From Desulfocapsa sulfexigens DSM 10523 (lineage in GTDB: Bacteria > Desulfobacterota > Desulfobulbia > Desulfobulbales > Desulfocapsaceae): a stretch of 32,000 nt of DNA. The first letter of the stretch is position 1. Every line of letters begins with the position of its first letter. Of the stretch, positions 1-9,825 are shown piece by piece. The stretch covers positions 840,001 through 872,000 of the forward strand of contig NC_020304.1 in NCBI RefSeq assembly GCF_000341395.1, in the 5' to 3' direction. Both the position numbers and the translations under genes were made by a program. Under the pieces are notes generated by a model. That model did not search any database, was not told where the DNA came from, and worked only from the letters and a program-made list of their open reading frames with translations.

Positions 1-850
1 CGAGGGGAATACATTTGGCACCATTGTACACACCAACCAGCACCCCTTTTTTTTGTCCTTCCTGGTATGCGTTTACAAAACCACTTAAACCGGAAAGGTT
101 CATGGCCGCATTCTTCAGGTAGGTACCGGTGTCAAATCGTGTCTCTTTGGTTTCAGTATCATAATAATAGGAATTTTGTCCTGCATCCCAGAGTGAAAGT
201 ACGCGACCAATAACTCCTCCAGTTTTTTGCACTTTTTTATACGTGTCATGTCCTGCAACGATTTGGGATCTGGTGTTTTTGGCTTCAAGAAGTGCTTTTT
301 GAGTTGCATTGTGCTGCTTCAGTTTCGCGATGGCCTGTTTTTCAATATATTGCTTTCCTTCTTTGCTATGATTGACTGGAGAGTTAGAAGTATTCCCTGC
401 TGCTACCAGGTTGTTGAAGCGGGTTGGGTTCGTTTTTGCAGCTTTTAAAATTTTACGTATCTTTTTAATACTCTGCTTATTTTGTTTTTCCTCGCTTTGA
501 AGTTTTTTAATATACTGTGCATTCCTGTCCAATTTTCCTTTAACAAGATTTTCAGTTAATGCGTCCAGGTGCATTGTATCACTAAACACATCGGTACTCT
601 TGCCGGTGAGCAGGCTCTTCAAATTGTAATCCTTCAGACTTGCCTTAAACGCCTCACTTTTACTGATAATAAGAGTGGTCTTGTCATTCTGGGTATCTTT
701 GTCATTTTGGAGATCTTCCTTTACAAAAGTCTGTTTTTCCGCAGCAACAGATAGTGGTGTGGGAGAGAATCCGAAAACTATACTAAGAGCCAGTAAAACA
801 CTCAGACAGCTGCTGACAAGAGTTGGGCTCTTGTATAGTTGAGCAATCAT
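1..850 (-). CDS. Secreted/periplasmic protein of unknown function (5' part only; runs off the left edge of the window)
   Basis: Read by hand from ATG at 850: MIAQLYKSPTLVSSCLSVLLALSIVFGFSPTPLSVAAEKQTFVKEDLQNDK... continuing open to position 1 (...AGHDTYKKVQKTGGVIGRVLSLWDAGQNSYYYDTETKETRFDTGTYLKNAAMNLSGLSGFVNAYQEGQKK...). It has a signal-peptide-like N-terminus and an upstream ggaggtg ribosome-binding site. Its start overlaps the TGA of the preceding gene (ATGA). It is absent from the ORF track because its stop lies outside the window. Confidence 0.8.
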   Translation of the reverse strand, partial: MIAQLYKSPTLVSSCLSVLLALSIVFGFSPTPLSVAAEKQTFVKEDLQNDKDTQNDKTTLIISKSEAFKASLKDYNLKSLLTGKSTDVFSDTMHLDALTENLVKGKLDRNAQYIKKLQSEEKQNKQSIKKIRKILKAAKTNPTRFNNLVAAGNTSNSPVNHSKEGKQYIEKQAIAKLKQHNATQKALLEAKNTRSQIVAGHDTYKKVQKTGGVIGRVLSLWDAGQNSYYYDTETKETRFDTGTYLKNAAMNLSGLSGFVNAYQEGQKKGVLVGVYNGAKCIPL

Positions 851-2106
851 TTGACACCTCCTAAAAGCCGGGTTTTGACTTTCTCAACATAGGCTCGTAA
901 AGCACTATCAAGATTTTTGTCGGCCAGAAGACTGAATGCAATTGACAATGCAGCATCTGTTTCCCCCTGTGCTTCCTGAATGGTGGCAATGGTTAACGCC
1001 AAAACATGGTCATCTCCACGTTGCTGTATATCTTGGCGAATAAGTTCAATTGCACGAGTCTCTTTTTGTGAGGAAAAAGCAACAAAGCTCAGCTGTATAG
1101 CAGCAGCTCTTCGCTGATCGACGGGACAGGATGTCATGCGTTGTTCTGCAAGCGCGAACGCGACTTCAAAATTGCGCAACTGATAATACGCTTCCACTAA
1201 ACGAGCCAGGAGCGGATCTTCCGAAAAAGACTCGAACACTGATTCGTACAGATCAATAGCTAATGCAGTTAAACTTGGAGAATTCACCTCCATATAGGCG
1301 TCTGCCAGATCAACGGTAATTCCGTTATTCTCCGGCAAACCAACTGTTGCTTTTTCAAGATAATCGATGGCACTGAAGAGCTTATCACGGTCTTTTTCAA
1401 CTACAGATTCAGCAAACAAATTCGCACCAATGTCATGCCATTCCAGAGCCTTTTCTGCCATATACTGGTCGCTGAGTTCTTGCTCTTCTTCTGCCTTTTG
1501 TTGTGTTGTACTTTGGGTGGGGGATGTATTTATCTGACTCTGTAACCAATCTGCACGGGCCCCCACATTATGGGCATCTGCGGCATTAGGTGCCAGGACA
1601 CAATATTTTTTGTAAGCCAGAGCTGCCTGGTCGTGTACACCCTGTTTTTCCAGCAGGATACCTAGATTTTTGTATGTCAAAGCATAGTTCTTATCACTCT
1701 CAAGAGCCGAAATATATGCCTGCAATGCTTCATCGAATCTTTCGAGCTTACGCATTACCAGACCGAGATTATTTAGTGTCACTAAACTGGTGGGATCTTT
1801 CTTAAGAGAACGAGAAAGAGAAATTCGTGCTTCTTCTAATTTTCCTTCCCGAGCCAATCTGGTTCCTTGCTTTTGTAATTCACCCGCCGTCAGACTTACC
1901 TGGTTTAAGGGTGGCGCAATGTTTTCTTCCGGGGGCAGTAGAAAAGGAGAGCCACCTGTCGTCGCAGAAGGAGAAGAGGCCTCCGATGTTTTTGGAGGAA
2001 GAAAAAATGGAGATGTTTGACTGTTGGCAAATAGTGGGTGAGCAGGAAAGAGAGTGAAAAAGAGCATCAACCAACTCAGAGGAGGGATAACTCGAAGGTA
2101 CTTCAT
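847..2106 (-). CDS. TPR-repeat protein with signal peptide
   Basis: 419 aa. Hydrophobic N-terminus MKYLRVIPPLSWLMLFFTLFPAHPLFA and TPR-like repeats (NLGLVMRKLERFDEALQAYISALESDKNYALTYKNLGILLEKQGVHDQAALAYKKYCVLAP). Confidence 0.85.
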   Translation of the reverse strand: MKYLRVIPPLSWLMLFFTLFPAHPLFANSQTSPFFLPPKTSEASSPSATTGGSPFLLPPEENIAPPLNQVSLTAGELQKQGTRLAREGKLEEARISLSRSLKKDPTSLVTLNNLGLVMRKLERFDEALQAYISALESDKNYALTYKNLGILLEKQGVHDQAALAYKKYCVLAPNAADAHNVGARADWLQSQINTSPTQSTTQQKAEEEQELSDQYMAEKALEWHDIGANLFAESVVEKDRDKLFSAIDYLEKATVGLPENNGITVDLADAYMEVNSPSLTALAIDLYESVFESFSEDPLLARLVEAYYQLRNFEVAFALAEQRMTSCPVDQRRAAAIQLSFVAFSSQKETRAIELIRQDIQQRGDDHVLALTIATIQEAQGETDAALSIAFSLLADKNLDSALRAYVEKVKTRLLGGVK

Positions 2107-2321
2107 CAGTGCTTCTCTCCTTTTTCCCTGGGCGACAATTTTTTCAGGTCTTCTTTTGTTATCAGATCTTTTTTTGCATCATAAACATTATCCATTAATG
2201 CCTCTGCGGGCATGTCTTTGGCGCTTGTGTATTTGTATTTTTTCACACCATAGCGCAACACACCAACTTTTCTTAAAATGAGAACCAACTGGGCGAAGAT
2301 TTTTTTCATCGCATTATCCAT
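2106..2321 (-). CDS. Small conserved-looking hypothetical protein, first gene of the TPR operon
   Basis: 71 aa ORF whose stop overlaps the next ATG (TGATG at 2108-2104), which implies translational coupling. MDNAMKKIFAQLVLILRKVGVLRYGVKKYKYTSAKDMPAEALMDNVYDAKKDL... Confidence 0.6.
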   Translation of the reverse strand: MDNAMKKIFAQLVLILRKVGVLRYGVKKYKYTSAKDMPAEALMDNVYDAKKDLITKEDLKKLSPREKGEKH

Positions 2322-2523
2322 CCTACGGTAACGGGTAAAGAAATATTTGTTAATTGCCTCTCGTAATAAGCTAGGAATAGTCAGGTAAGTTTCTTATTGA
2401 TCTGAGCATAAAAGAAATTATTATGAATTATGTTAATGGCAAGATTGTTCATATGAAATGAGGTTAACTGTTCCTGTCCTGAATCTACTCAAAATCCTAT
2501 TTTTTTATGAAAATCAATAACTG

Positions 2524-2786
2524 CCCCCTTCATCCCGGCTCATTATCTGTAGAGCAACTTTTTCCGGGACAACTTCTTAGCCATCTCCTGATTTAAAAGT
2601 CGCTAACTCTCTACAACTCTGCTGTTCCGCCATATCATTAGAGATAAAGATACATTCTATTATACGCTGCACAACGAAGTAATATGGACCACCACGGTCA
2701 TAGAGACCCAACTTGCACTGTATCCAAGTCCGATAACAAGAAATACCGGGAGAACAATTTCGATAACATTTTGCATGACTATACAT
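2524..2786 (-). pseudogene. Degenerate C-terminal fragment of a DUF2058/YaiL-like gene (relic paralog of the intact copy at 14457..14927)
   Basis: Translation ...LYDRGGPYYFVVQRIIECIFISNDMAEQQSCRELATFKSGDG*EVVPEKVALQIMSRDEGG... aligns with intact ...DDSGDPYHFVVQSKIERIFVSEEMTEQLSRGQLAIVKSGDGYEVVPAKVAQQIMSRDKNS.... A TAA replaces the Tyr codon. DNA similarity is also clear (cggctcattatctgtNgagcaactttt...). Confidence 0.8.
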
Positions 2787-3000
2787 CTACTTGAGTGTCA
2801 CTCGAAGCTACAAGAAAAATCGTTAACAAAAGAATAAAATAATGAAGGAGAAGGAGGATATCTTTGTTATACGTGCCATTGTATCCAATAATTCTAACGA
2901 ACCGAATAGTTCTTGCCATTCGCTCTCCTATTCATCTAAAATGAATCAACAAAGAAGTTAGGTATTCCCGTTATAGCAAAAAGAAAAGTGGAGTTAAAAC

Positions 3001-4641
3001 ATGTTTTGGATTGATTGGGTTGCGGTTGTCATGGTTGGAGTAGGTGCCTTTTTCATGCTCCTATCAATTCTCTCAGCTGTAGCCATGCTGTCCCGCCTTA
3101 CCCCTTTTTACAAAAGAAAATGGACCCTCCTCACCATATTTAAAGGATTTTTCCTCTTAGGTTACCTTGCCTTTATTATCATTCTCGTGATGAAACTCAA
3201 ACTTCCGGTGGAGTTTGTTACCGGAGTTGTTTTTCTGGGCGGTGCCTTTTTTGTTTTTATGGTTATTCGCCTGACTAAATATACCATCACAGACCTTGCC
3301 AATAAAGAAGATGCCCTCAACGAACTTAATGCCACTCTGGAGAAGAAGGTAAGCCAGCGTACCATTGAACTCGAAAAAAGTATGGCAGATCTGGGCAATG
3401 AAATGTTGGAACGTGAAAAGGCAAATTACGAAATCCACAGAATGGAAGAAGAATTACGACTGATTCTTGACACAATTTCCACAGGTATCCGGGTTATTGG
3501 CCTAGATCACAGGATTACCAGGGTAAATAAACGTTTTTGCCATCTTCTTGGTATGAGTAATGATGAGTTAGTTGGAAGTGCCTGTTATGAAAATTTCGAT
3601 AATGAAGACTGTCGGGATTCACCATCCTGCAGGTTGAAAAATCTAAACACTGCCCATGATGACAATGAACTCATAGAAAAAAAGACTACCCGGGAAGGGA
3701 AGCAATACCATTTTCGCATCACCTCAGCGCCCCTGAAAGACACTGACGGGAAGGTTGTTGCACTCCTGGAGGATTTCCAGGACGTCACACCATTAATCAA
3801 AGCGCAGGAAGAAAAAGAACTGGCTCAGAGTCGGCTTCATCAGGCAGCCAAACTCGAATCCGTGGGCCAGTTGGCTGCGGGTATTGCCCACGAAATAAAT
3901 ACACCTGTTCAGTTTGTCGGCACAAATCTGGAATTTTTGAAAGAAAGCTTTGAAGATATTGCCACCTTCCTCGAAAAACTTCAGATAACAATGAATGACG
4001 GAGAGAGTACTGCCGGTTTAAAACAGGGACTGGAGGAGCTTGACTGGGATTTTCTTTCTGAGGAGATTCCCCTGGCCATTGAGCAATCCATGGGAGGAAC
4101 GGAAAGGGTTCGTAAGCTTGTCCTGGCCATGAAGGAATTTTCACACCCCACTACCAGAGAGATGGCTCCGGCAGATATTAACAGTATCCTGCATAACACT
4201 ATTATAATTTCTCAAAATGAATGGAAACACGTTGCAGATATGAAAACCAAGCTTTCTGAAGATCTCCCCCCCGTACCCTGCCTGATTGATGCAATGGGCC
4301 AGGTATTTCTCAATATTATCGTGAACGCTGCCCACGCCATTGCAGACAGGATCAAAGACACATCCGAAAAAGGAACAATAACCATCACCACTGCTACTCA
4401 CGGTGATTTCGCAGAAATATCCTTCAGTGACACCGGAAAAGGAATGGACAAAGAACTCTGTAGTAAAATCTTTGATCCTTTTTTTACCACTAAAGAAGTG
4501 GGCAGCGGTACAGGACAAGGACTATCCATCGCCCATGACATTGTCGTCAACAAGCATCATGGTGACATTAAAGTAGAAAGTTCAGTTGGAGTCGGGACAC
4601 GGCTTATTGTACAACTGCCATTGAAAGCTGTAGAGAACTGA
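3001..4641 (+). CDS. Membrane PAS-domain sensor histidine kinase
   Basis: 546 aa. Two N-terminal TM segments, coiled coil, PAS (LRLILDTISTGIRVIGLDHRITRVNKRFCHLLG), H-box GQLAAGIAHEINTPVQFV, N-box IIVNAAHAI, G-boxes DTGKGMDKEL / GSGTGQGLSIAHDIV. Confidence 0.93.
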   Translation: MFWIDWVAVVMVGVGAFFMLLSILSAVAMLSRLTPFYKRKWTLLTIFKGFFLLGYLAFIIILVMKLKLPVEFVTGVVFLGGAFFVFMVIRLTKYTITDLANKEDALNELNATLEKKVSQRTIELEKSMADLGNEMLEREKANYEIHRMEEELRLILDTISTGIRVIGLDHRITRVNKRFCHLLGMSNDELVGSACYENFDNEDCRDSPSCRLKNLNTAHDDNELIEKKTTREGKQYHFRITSAPLKDTDGKVVALLEDFQDVTPLIKAQEEKELAQSRLHQAAKLESVGQLAAGIAHEINTPVQFVGTNLEFLKESFEDIATFLEKLQITMNDGESTAGLKQGLEELDWDFLSEEIPLAIEQSMGGTERVRKLVLAMKEFSHPTTREMAPADINSILHNTIIISQNEWKHVADMKTKLSEDLPPVPCLIDAMGQVFLNIIVNAAHAIADRIKDTSEKGTITITTATHGDFAEISFSDTGKGMDKELCSKIFDPFFTTKEVGSGTGQGLSIAHDIVVNKHHGDIKVESSVGVGTRLIVQLPLKAVEN

Positions 4642-4697
4642 CCTGCAGGCAATTTCCCGGGTGGGTAGTGCGTAGAGACAATACACGGCTACAGGTA

Positions 4698-6470
4698 CTA
4701 TTTTGTTTCAATATAGCAGAAATCATCTTTCACGAGTTGCGCAAATGCCTCTTCAGGAACTGGAGGACTAAAGAAATATCCCTGCCCGATGTCACAGCCC
4801 ATACTGCGCAGGAGTTTGAACTGTTCACTGGTTTCGATGCCCTCGGCAATGGTGGTCATCCCCAGACTCTTGGCCAGAGCGATAATTGCCTGAATAATGG
4901 CGGCATCCTGTGGGTTTTTAATGATATCTTTGACAAAAAACCTGTCGATTTTAATTGAACTGATGGGAAAGTTTTTCAGGTACAGCAGGGAGGAGTAGCC
5001 GGTACCAAAATCATCCACTGATATGGTCAAGCCCATTTTTTTTATTTCTTCCAGAATTTCTTCAGTTTCTCCTTTTTTTTCAGCCATCACACTCTCAGTA
5101 ATCTCTACCTCAAAGGCATTGGGTTTTAAATGGTTCCCCTCAAGACTTTCCCGCAGTTTTTGGGGAAGATGCTGCTCAGCAAATTGTTTACTGGAAATGT
5201 TGACTGCCACCCGTACCTGCCGGTACCCCTGTTCTTTCCAGGCCTGCTGCTGCTCCCCCACCCGGCGTATTACCCAGTCTGTAAAGGGAACGATAAGCCC
5301 AAGCTCCTCAATGGAAGGAATAAAATCAGACGGGGGAACCTGCCCCAACGTGGGGTGTGTCCAACGTGCCAGACTCTCCGCCCCGACAATTTGGCCATCC
5401 CGCATATCAACCTGTGGCTGATACCAGAGAACAAACTCATCATTTGTCACTGCTTTACGGACATCGTTTTCAAAATCAAGACGCACCTTTGCCTTTACAT
5501 TGAGTGCTTTTTTGTAAAATTGAAAACCGTTTTTTCCTTTTTCCTTTGCATGGTACATCGCCAGATCCGCATGTTTCATCAGCACTTCGCTGTCGTTACC
5601 ATCCAGTGGAAAAATAGAGATCCCAATACTGGCAGAAATAAATATTTCATGCCCTTCTATTGTAAATTTATGGGACAGGGAATTCTTGATTCGCTGGGCG
5701 ACCCTGCTGGCATCCTCGGGAGTTTGAAGCCTGGGAAGCATAATGGTAAACTCATCACCTCCCAGTCGTGAAACACAACTCTTTGACTCATCCTGCCCAT
5801 ATCTACTGAAAGAATCAGAATCACGAATACAAGTGCTTACCCGTCCAGCAACATTTTTGAGGAGAATATCACCAACATGATGTCCAAGGGTATCATTGAT
5901 AATCTTGAACCGATCCAAATCCATAAAGAGAACAGCAAGTTGACTTTCCTCTGCAGCAGAGTCGATAAGAGCCGTATCCAGACTATCTTTAAACATGGTA
6001 CGATTGGCCAGTCCGGTCAGATGATCATAGAAGGCCAGCACTTCTATCTGTTTGCGCTGATCAATGACATCAAAAAATGCGTTACTGGCACGCAGCATGT
6101 ATTTGACCCGATAATTTAACACAGGCCAGTTGATTGGCTTAGTGATAAAATCAGTGGCTCCGGACTCAAAAGCGCGATGGATGGATTCAAGATCTTCCAG
6201 TCCTGTTACCATAAGTATGGGCGTATGAATACCACCTGTCATCTTACGAACCGTCTTACAGGTATCAAATCCGTCAAGTTTTGGCATCATGACATCAAGG
6301 AGAATGGCATCTGGCTGCAACTTTTCAAAAACAGAAACTGCGACCAGGCCATTCTCTGCCTCAGCTACTCTGAAGCCATCTTTCTCAAGACTGGCACGCA
6401 TTAACAAACGAAGACCAAAGTCATCATCGACAATCAAAATTAAAGGGGTCTTTTCCTTGACACCACTCAT
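4698..6470 (-). CDS. Response regulator with REC-GGDEF-EAL domains (c-di-GMP turnover)
   Basis: REC ([18 protein letters not shown]...[18 protein letters not shown]), GGDEF motif [15 protein letters not shown] domain ([34 protein letters not shown]). Confidence 0.95.
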   Translation of the reverse strand: MSGVKEKTPLILIVDDDFGLRLLMRASLEKDGFRVAEAENGLVAVSVFEKLQPDAILLDVMMPKLDGFDTCKTVRKMTGGIHTPILMVTGLEDLESIHRAFESGATDFITKPINWPVLNYRVKYMLRASNAFFDVIDQRKQIEVLAFYDHLTGLANRTMFKDSLDTALIDSAAEESQLAVLFMDLDRFKIINDTLGHHVGDILLKNVAGRVSTCIRDSDSFSRYGQDESKSCVSRLGGDEFTIMLPRLQTPEDASRVAQRIKNSLSHKFTIEGHEIFISASIGISIFPLDGNDSEVLMKHADLAMYHAKEKGKNGFQFYKKALNVKAKVRLDFENDVRKAVTNDEFVLWYQPQVDMRDGQIVGAESLARWTHPTLGQVPPSDFIPSIEELGLIVPFTDWVIRRVGEQQQAWKEQGYRQVRVAVNISSKQFAEQHLPQKLRESLEGNHLKPNAFEVEITESVMAEKKGETEEILEEIKKMGLTISVDDFGTGYSSLLYLKNFPISSIKIDRFFVKDIIKNPQDAAIIQAIIALAKSLGMTTIAEGIETSEQFKLLRSMGCDIGQGYFFSPPVPEEAFAQLVKDDFCYIETK

Positions 6471-9265
6471 GATGTTACCTTTTCTGCCATAAGAGGATCG
6501 ATTATCTTCTGATATTCCTCTTGCGCGGTGACAAAGACTTCCATTCCTCCATGCAGAGCGTTTGTGTATGCCCTGTGCTCTAAATCCTTAAACAGGGCTG
6601 AAAGGGACAGGGCACCGATGTTTGCGCTACTTGATTTCAAGCTATGGGCAATGGAGCGAACCTCCGTTGCATCCTTGTTCCGCAAAGCCCGGCACAGACT
6701 ATCCATCTGATTTGGGGTATCCTCCAGATATATGGATATAATACGAGTAAGGATATCAGGTTCTCCTTCTGGCTGCAGAGCACGAATATTATCAAGTGCC
6801 CTGCGGTTAATCAGTTCTTCACCGACGACACTCATGGGGCTTTCTGAATGTGATTCTTTCTGGAATACTCTCTTGTCATCCTGCTGCAGCTTCTTCGGTA
6901 ACCAGTGCTTCAACACCTTTTCAACCTGCTGCAGACTGAAGGGCTTACTGATATAGTCATCCATGCCGGCTGCAAGACATTTTTCCCTGTCTCCGGTCAG
7001 GGCATTTGCTGTCAAAGCAACAACCGGTGTCCGCTTTCCTCTGTCTTTCATATTTTCCAAACGTCGAATGGCAGAAGTTGCTTCATATCCATCCATACGC
7101 GGCATCTGACAATCCATAAGGACAATATCAAAAGAATTCTTTTCAAAAAATTGCAACGCTTCCTGGCCATTCTTCGTCAATGTTACCTTACAGCCGAGCT
7201 TACGCAGTACTCCCATGGCCACCTGCTGATTTGTGACATTATCCTCTGCCACCAGAACATTAGCATCAAATGTAGCCCGGTTTTTCTGCAGACTATAGTG
7301 GGTAATGAGCTGGTTATCGTCTTCGAATCGATCTCTTGCCATCAAGGCAACGAGACTGTTATAGAGATCAATCTGACGAGTTGGTTTAGTAAGGTAAATT
7401 TTGATACCGGCTTGGTGAGCCAGGCGAGCATCACCGCGTATACCAACGGAAGTGAGCATGACCATACGAGTGCCCTGCAAAGAAGGATCCTTACTGATCA
7501 GGGCAGCAACTTCAAGGCCATCCATACCGGGCATATCTTTATCAAGAATTGCTATGTCAAAAGGCTTCCTGTCAGCCACCGCCTGATACAACAGGGTCAG
7601 TCCTTCAATTCCACCTGAAGCGCTGGCATGATCAACCCCCCAGATTTCCATCTGATGCTCAAGTAGTCGCCGGTTGGTAGCATTATCATCTATAATGATT
7701 GCCCGCAGGTTGGATAGCTTATCGGCCTCGGTCGATGCAACCACCTCCGTTCCCGAGGCCTTGTCCAGGGTTACTTCCATCCAGAACTCTGACCCGCCTC
7801 CAGGACGACTATTGCAGTTAATCTCTCCCCCCATTAGCTCAACGAGTTGCCGGGAAATTGCCAGGCCAAGCCCTGTTCCCCCGTATTTCCTGGTGGTAGA
7901 GTCATCTGCCTGCGAAAAAGGATGGAAGAGTGTTTCATATTCATCTTCAGAAATACCAATCCCCGTATCCTGGACCGAAAAGCGAAGGGATGCCTCGTTA
8001 TCAGTCTCTCCAAGGAGCGTCAGCTGGAGAAGAATTTCCCCATGATCCGTAAATTTAATAGCATTCCCCAGCAGATTAACCAGAACCTGCCGCAACCTGC
8101 TGGGATCACCGCTAACGTAGGAAGAAATATTGTCAGGGACATTGACAATCAGCTCCAGGCCCTTGGCATGTGCCCTGTAAGCAAGCATTTGAGCGACATC
8201 TTCCACCAGCAATGCTAAATTAAAATTAATTGTTTCGAGCTCAAGTTTACCGGCTTCGATTTTAGAAAAATCAAGGATATCATTGATAATGGTAAGCAGG
8301 GATTCCCCCGAACTCATGATCGTCTCAATGGAACTGCGCAGCTCCTTATCCAAATCTGTATCGAGCGCCATCTCGGCCATACCAAGAATACCGTTCATCG
8401 GAGTACGGATCTCATGACTCATGTTAGCAAGAAACTGTGATTTTGCTTTATTTGCAGCCTGGGCCTGCTCCGCCAGAACAATGGCCTCGTCCATTGCCTT
8501 TTTTAGCTCGACAGTACGTTTCTGTACCTGATCCTCAAGGTATTCATCACGCTTCTGGATCATGCTGAGCATATCATTAAAACCACTGGCCAATAAGCCA
8601 AGTTCATCCTCGCTGGATTGTGTGGCACGGAGGGAATAATCCTTTTTTTCAGAAACCTGCCGAATAATAGCGGCCAGCTTAACAACAGGATCAGTAATAA
8701 TCGTCTGTAAGCGATTTCCCAGAATGGCGGCAATCAGCAATCCTCCCCAGAGAATAGCCAACAGGTACAGCCCGACCTGAAGCATATTACTGTAGAGATC
8801 CTCCATACTGACCTGTATAAAGAGAGACCCGATTTTTTCCTTATCAAGAACAATGGGCTGAAGTACCTCAATATATTTTTCGCTAAAGAGGTACCCCTTT
8901 TTCTTTAATTCAGCATTGAACAGGCTATGTTCAACGTTTCCATTATTAGAAGACCCTGGCGAATAGGCTGCAACGATCACTCCTTCAGGGCTAACAATAC
9001 GGGAACAGATAATTGTTTCTTTAATGGAAAGAGACCGCAGGATTTTTTCCAGTGCTTCTACATCATGAAAAACCAGGCCTGCTCTACTATTCTCACCAAT
9101 AATCTGAGCCAGTGTCGAAAGCTCTGCAAGAGTATTTTTCCTATAGAGATACCACTGACTGACAAAGGTGACCGCAAAAGTGAGAATAAGAACAGAAAAA
9201 CAAACACCAAGAATAATGGTGTTAAGCTTATGTTTGACAGGCAGTTTACTGAAGCGAAAATTCAT
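6467..9265 (-). CDS. Hybrid sensor histidine kinase: CHASE8-like periplasmic sensor-HAMP-HisKA-HATPase-REC-REC-HPt
   Basis: 932 aa. N-terminal TM / periplasmic segment with [27 protein letters not shown] pattern; [27 protein letters not shown]-box; [18 protein letters not shown]; two REC domains ([13 protein letters not shown]; [13 protein letters not shown]); C-terminal HPt ([14 protein letters not shown]). Confidence 0.95.
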   Translation of the reverse strand: MNFRFSKLPVKHKLNTIILGVCFSVLILTFAVTFVSQWYLYRKNTLAELSTLAQIIGENSRAGLVFHDVEALEKILRSLSIKETIICSRIVSPEGVIVAAYSPGSSNNGNVEHSLFNAELKKKGYLFSEKYIEVLQPIVLDKEKIGSLFIQVSMEDLYSNMLQVGLYLLAILWGGLLIAAILGNRLQTIITDPVVKLAAIIRQVSEKKDYSLRATQSSEDELGLLASGFNDMLSMIQKRDEYLEDQVQKRTVELKKAMDEAIVLAEQAQAANKAKSQFLANMSHEIRTPMNGILGMAEMALDTDLDKELRSSIETIMSSGESLLTIINDILDFSKIEAGKLELETINFNLALLVEDVAQMLAYRAHAKGLELIVNVPDNISSYVSGDPSRLRQVLVNLLGNAIKFTDHGEILLQLTLLGETDNEASLRFSVQDTGIGISEDEYETLFHPFSQADDSTTRKYGGTGLGLAISRQLVELMGGEINCNSRPGGGSEFWMEVTLDKASGTEVVASTEADKLSNLRAIIIDDNATNRRLLEHQMEIWGVDHASASGGIEGLTLLYQAVADRKPFDIAILDKDMPGMDGLEVAALISKDPSLQGTRMVMLTSVGIRGDARLAHQAGIKIYLTKPTRQIDLYNSLVALMARDRFEDDNQLITHYSLQKNRATFDANVLVAEDNVTNQQVAMGVLRKLGCKVTLTKNGQEALQFFEKNSFDIVLMDCQMPRMDGYEATSAIRRLENMKDRGKRTPVVALTANALTGDREKCLAAGMDDYISKPFSLQQVEKVLKHWLPKKLQQDDKRVFQKESHSESPMSVVGEELINRRALDNIRALQPEGEPDILTRIISIYLEDTPNQMDSLCRALRNKDATEVRSIAHSLKSSSANIGALSLSALFKDLEHRAYTNALHGGMEVFVTAQEEYQKIIDPLMAEKVTS

Positions 9266-9825
9266 TTTGCCCTCCCCACAACTTCAACAGCAAGGGAAAG
9301 CAACTGTGAATCTATTTTGATATGATTCTTAAGAGCATATTCAAGATTGACGAGAAAGCGCAACCGCTCCCTCAGTGTCACAAACTGAACAACCCCTCCC
9401 TGGGCAGCAAAATCCGTCGCGTCACCCACCGTCACAATTGCTTTGGAACCGAGTACTTGAAGTACTTTCCCCACAGACTTTAAAGGTGGCATACTGATAT
9501 ACAGAAGATGACATTCCTGCACTTCTTCAACCTTGGAGAAATGGCGGATAACAATGGGGCGATTACGCACGGTTTTTTGAGCCAATGGAGCTAACTCGGC
9601 TTCAACAGAACTCCTCCCAAGCACCCCTATCACCAGGGGAGACTGCTCATCAGTGAAGGTCTCCTCGGGCCATTGGATAAATTTGGCAAAATTATAAAGG
9701 TAAGCCACCTTCAGCTTGTCTTCAGAGGACGGAGCTGCCCCCTGTCCTGGGAGAACAAAACAAAAGATACAGACCAGATTTATGAGAGAAACAATACGTC
9801 TCAATGGGTTCCAGTTGTCATTCAA
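9262..9825 (-). CDS. YfiR-family (DUF4154) periplasmic protein
   Basis: 187 aa with signal-like N-terminus and family-typical [21 protein letters not shown]...LVIGVLG, CHLLYIS, VTVGD...[44 protein letters not shown]. Confidence 0.9.
   Translation of the reverse strand: MNDNWNPLRRIVSLINLVCIFCFVLPGQGAAPSSEDKLKVAYLYNFAKFIQWPEETFTDEQSPLVIGVLGRSSVEAELAPLAQKTVRNRPIVIRHFSKVEEVQECHLLYISMPPLKSVGKVLQVLGSKAIVTVGDATDFAAQGGVVQFVTLRERLRFLVNLEYALKNHIKIDSQLLSLAVEVVGRAK

Noticed and set aside
2842-2961. 39-codon ORF after a purine-rich stretch (atgaaggagaaggaggat...), upstream of the sensor kinase
   Set aside because: It is short, has no ribosome-binding site of its own (the purine-rich stretch is inside it), and shows no recognisable signature. 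It could be a leader peptide but is not supportable.
5130-5771. 213-aa plus-strand ORF (and neighbours 5023..5421, 6905..7618, 11268..11810)
   Set aside because: These are antisense mirror ORFs over strong minus-strand coding genes (REC-GGDEF-EAL, hybrid kinase, TonB receptor), with no recognizable protein signature.
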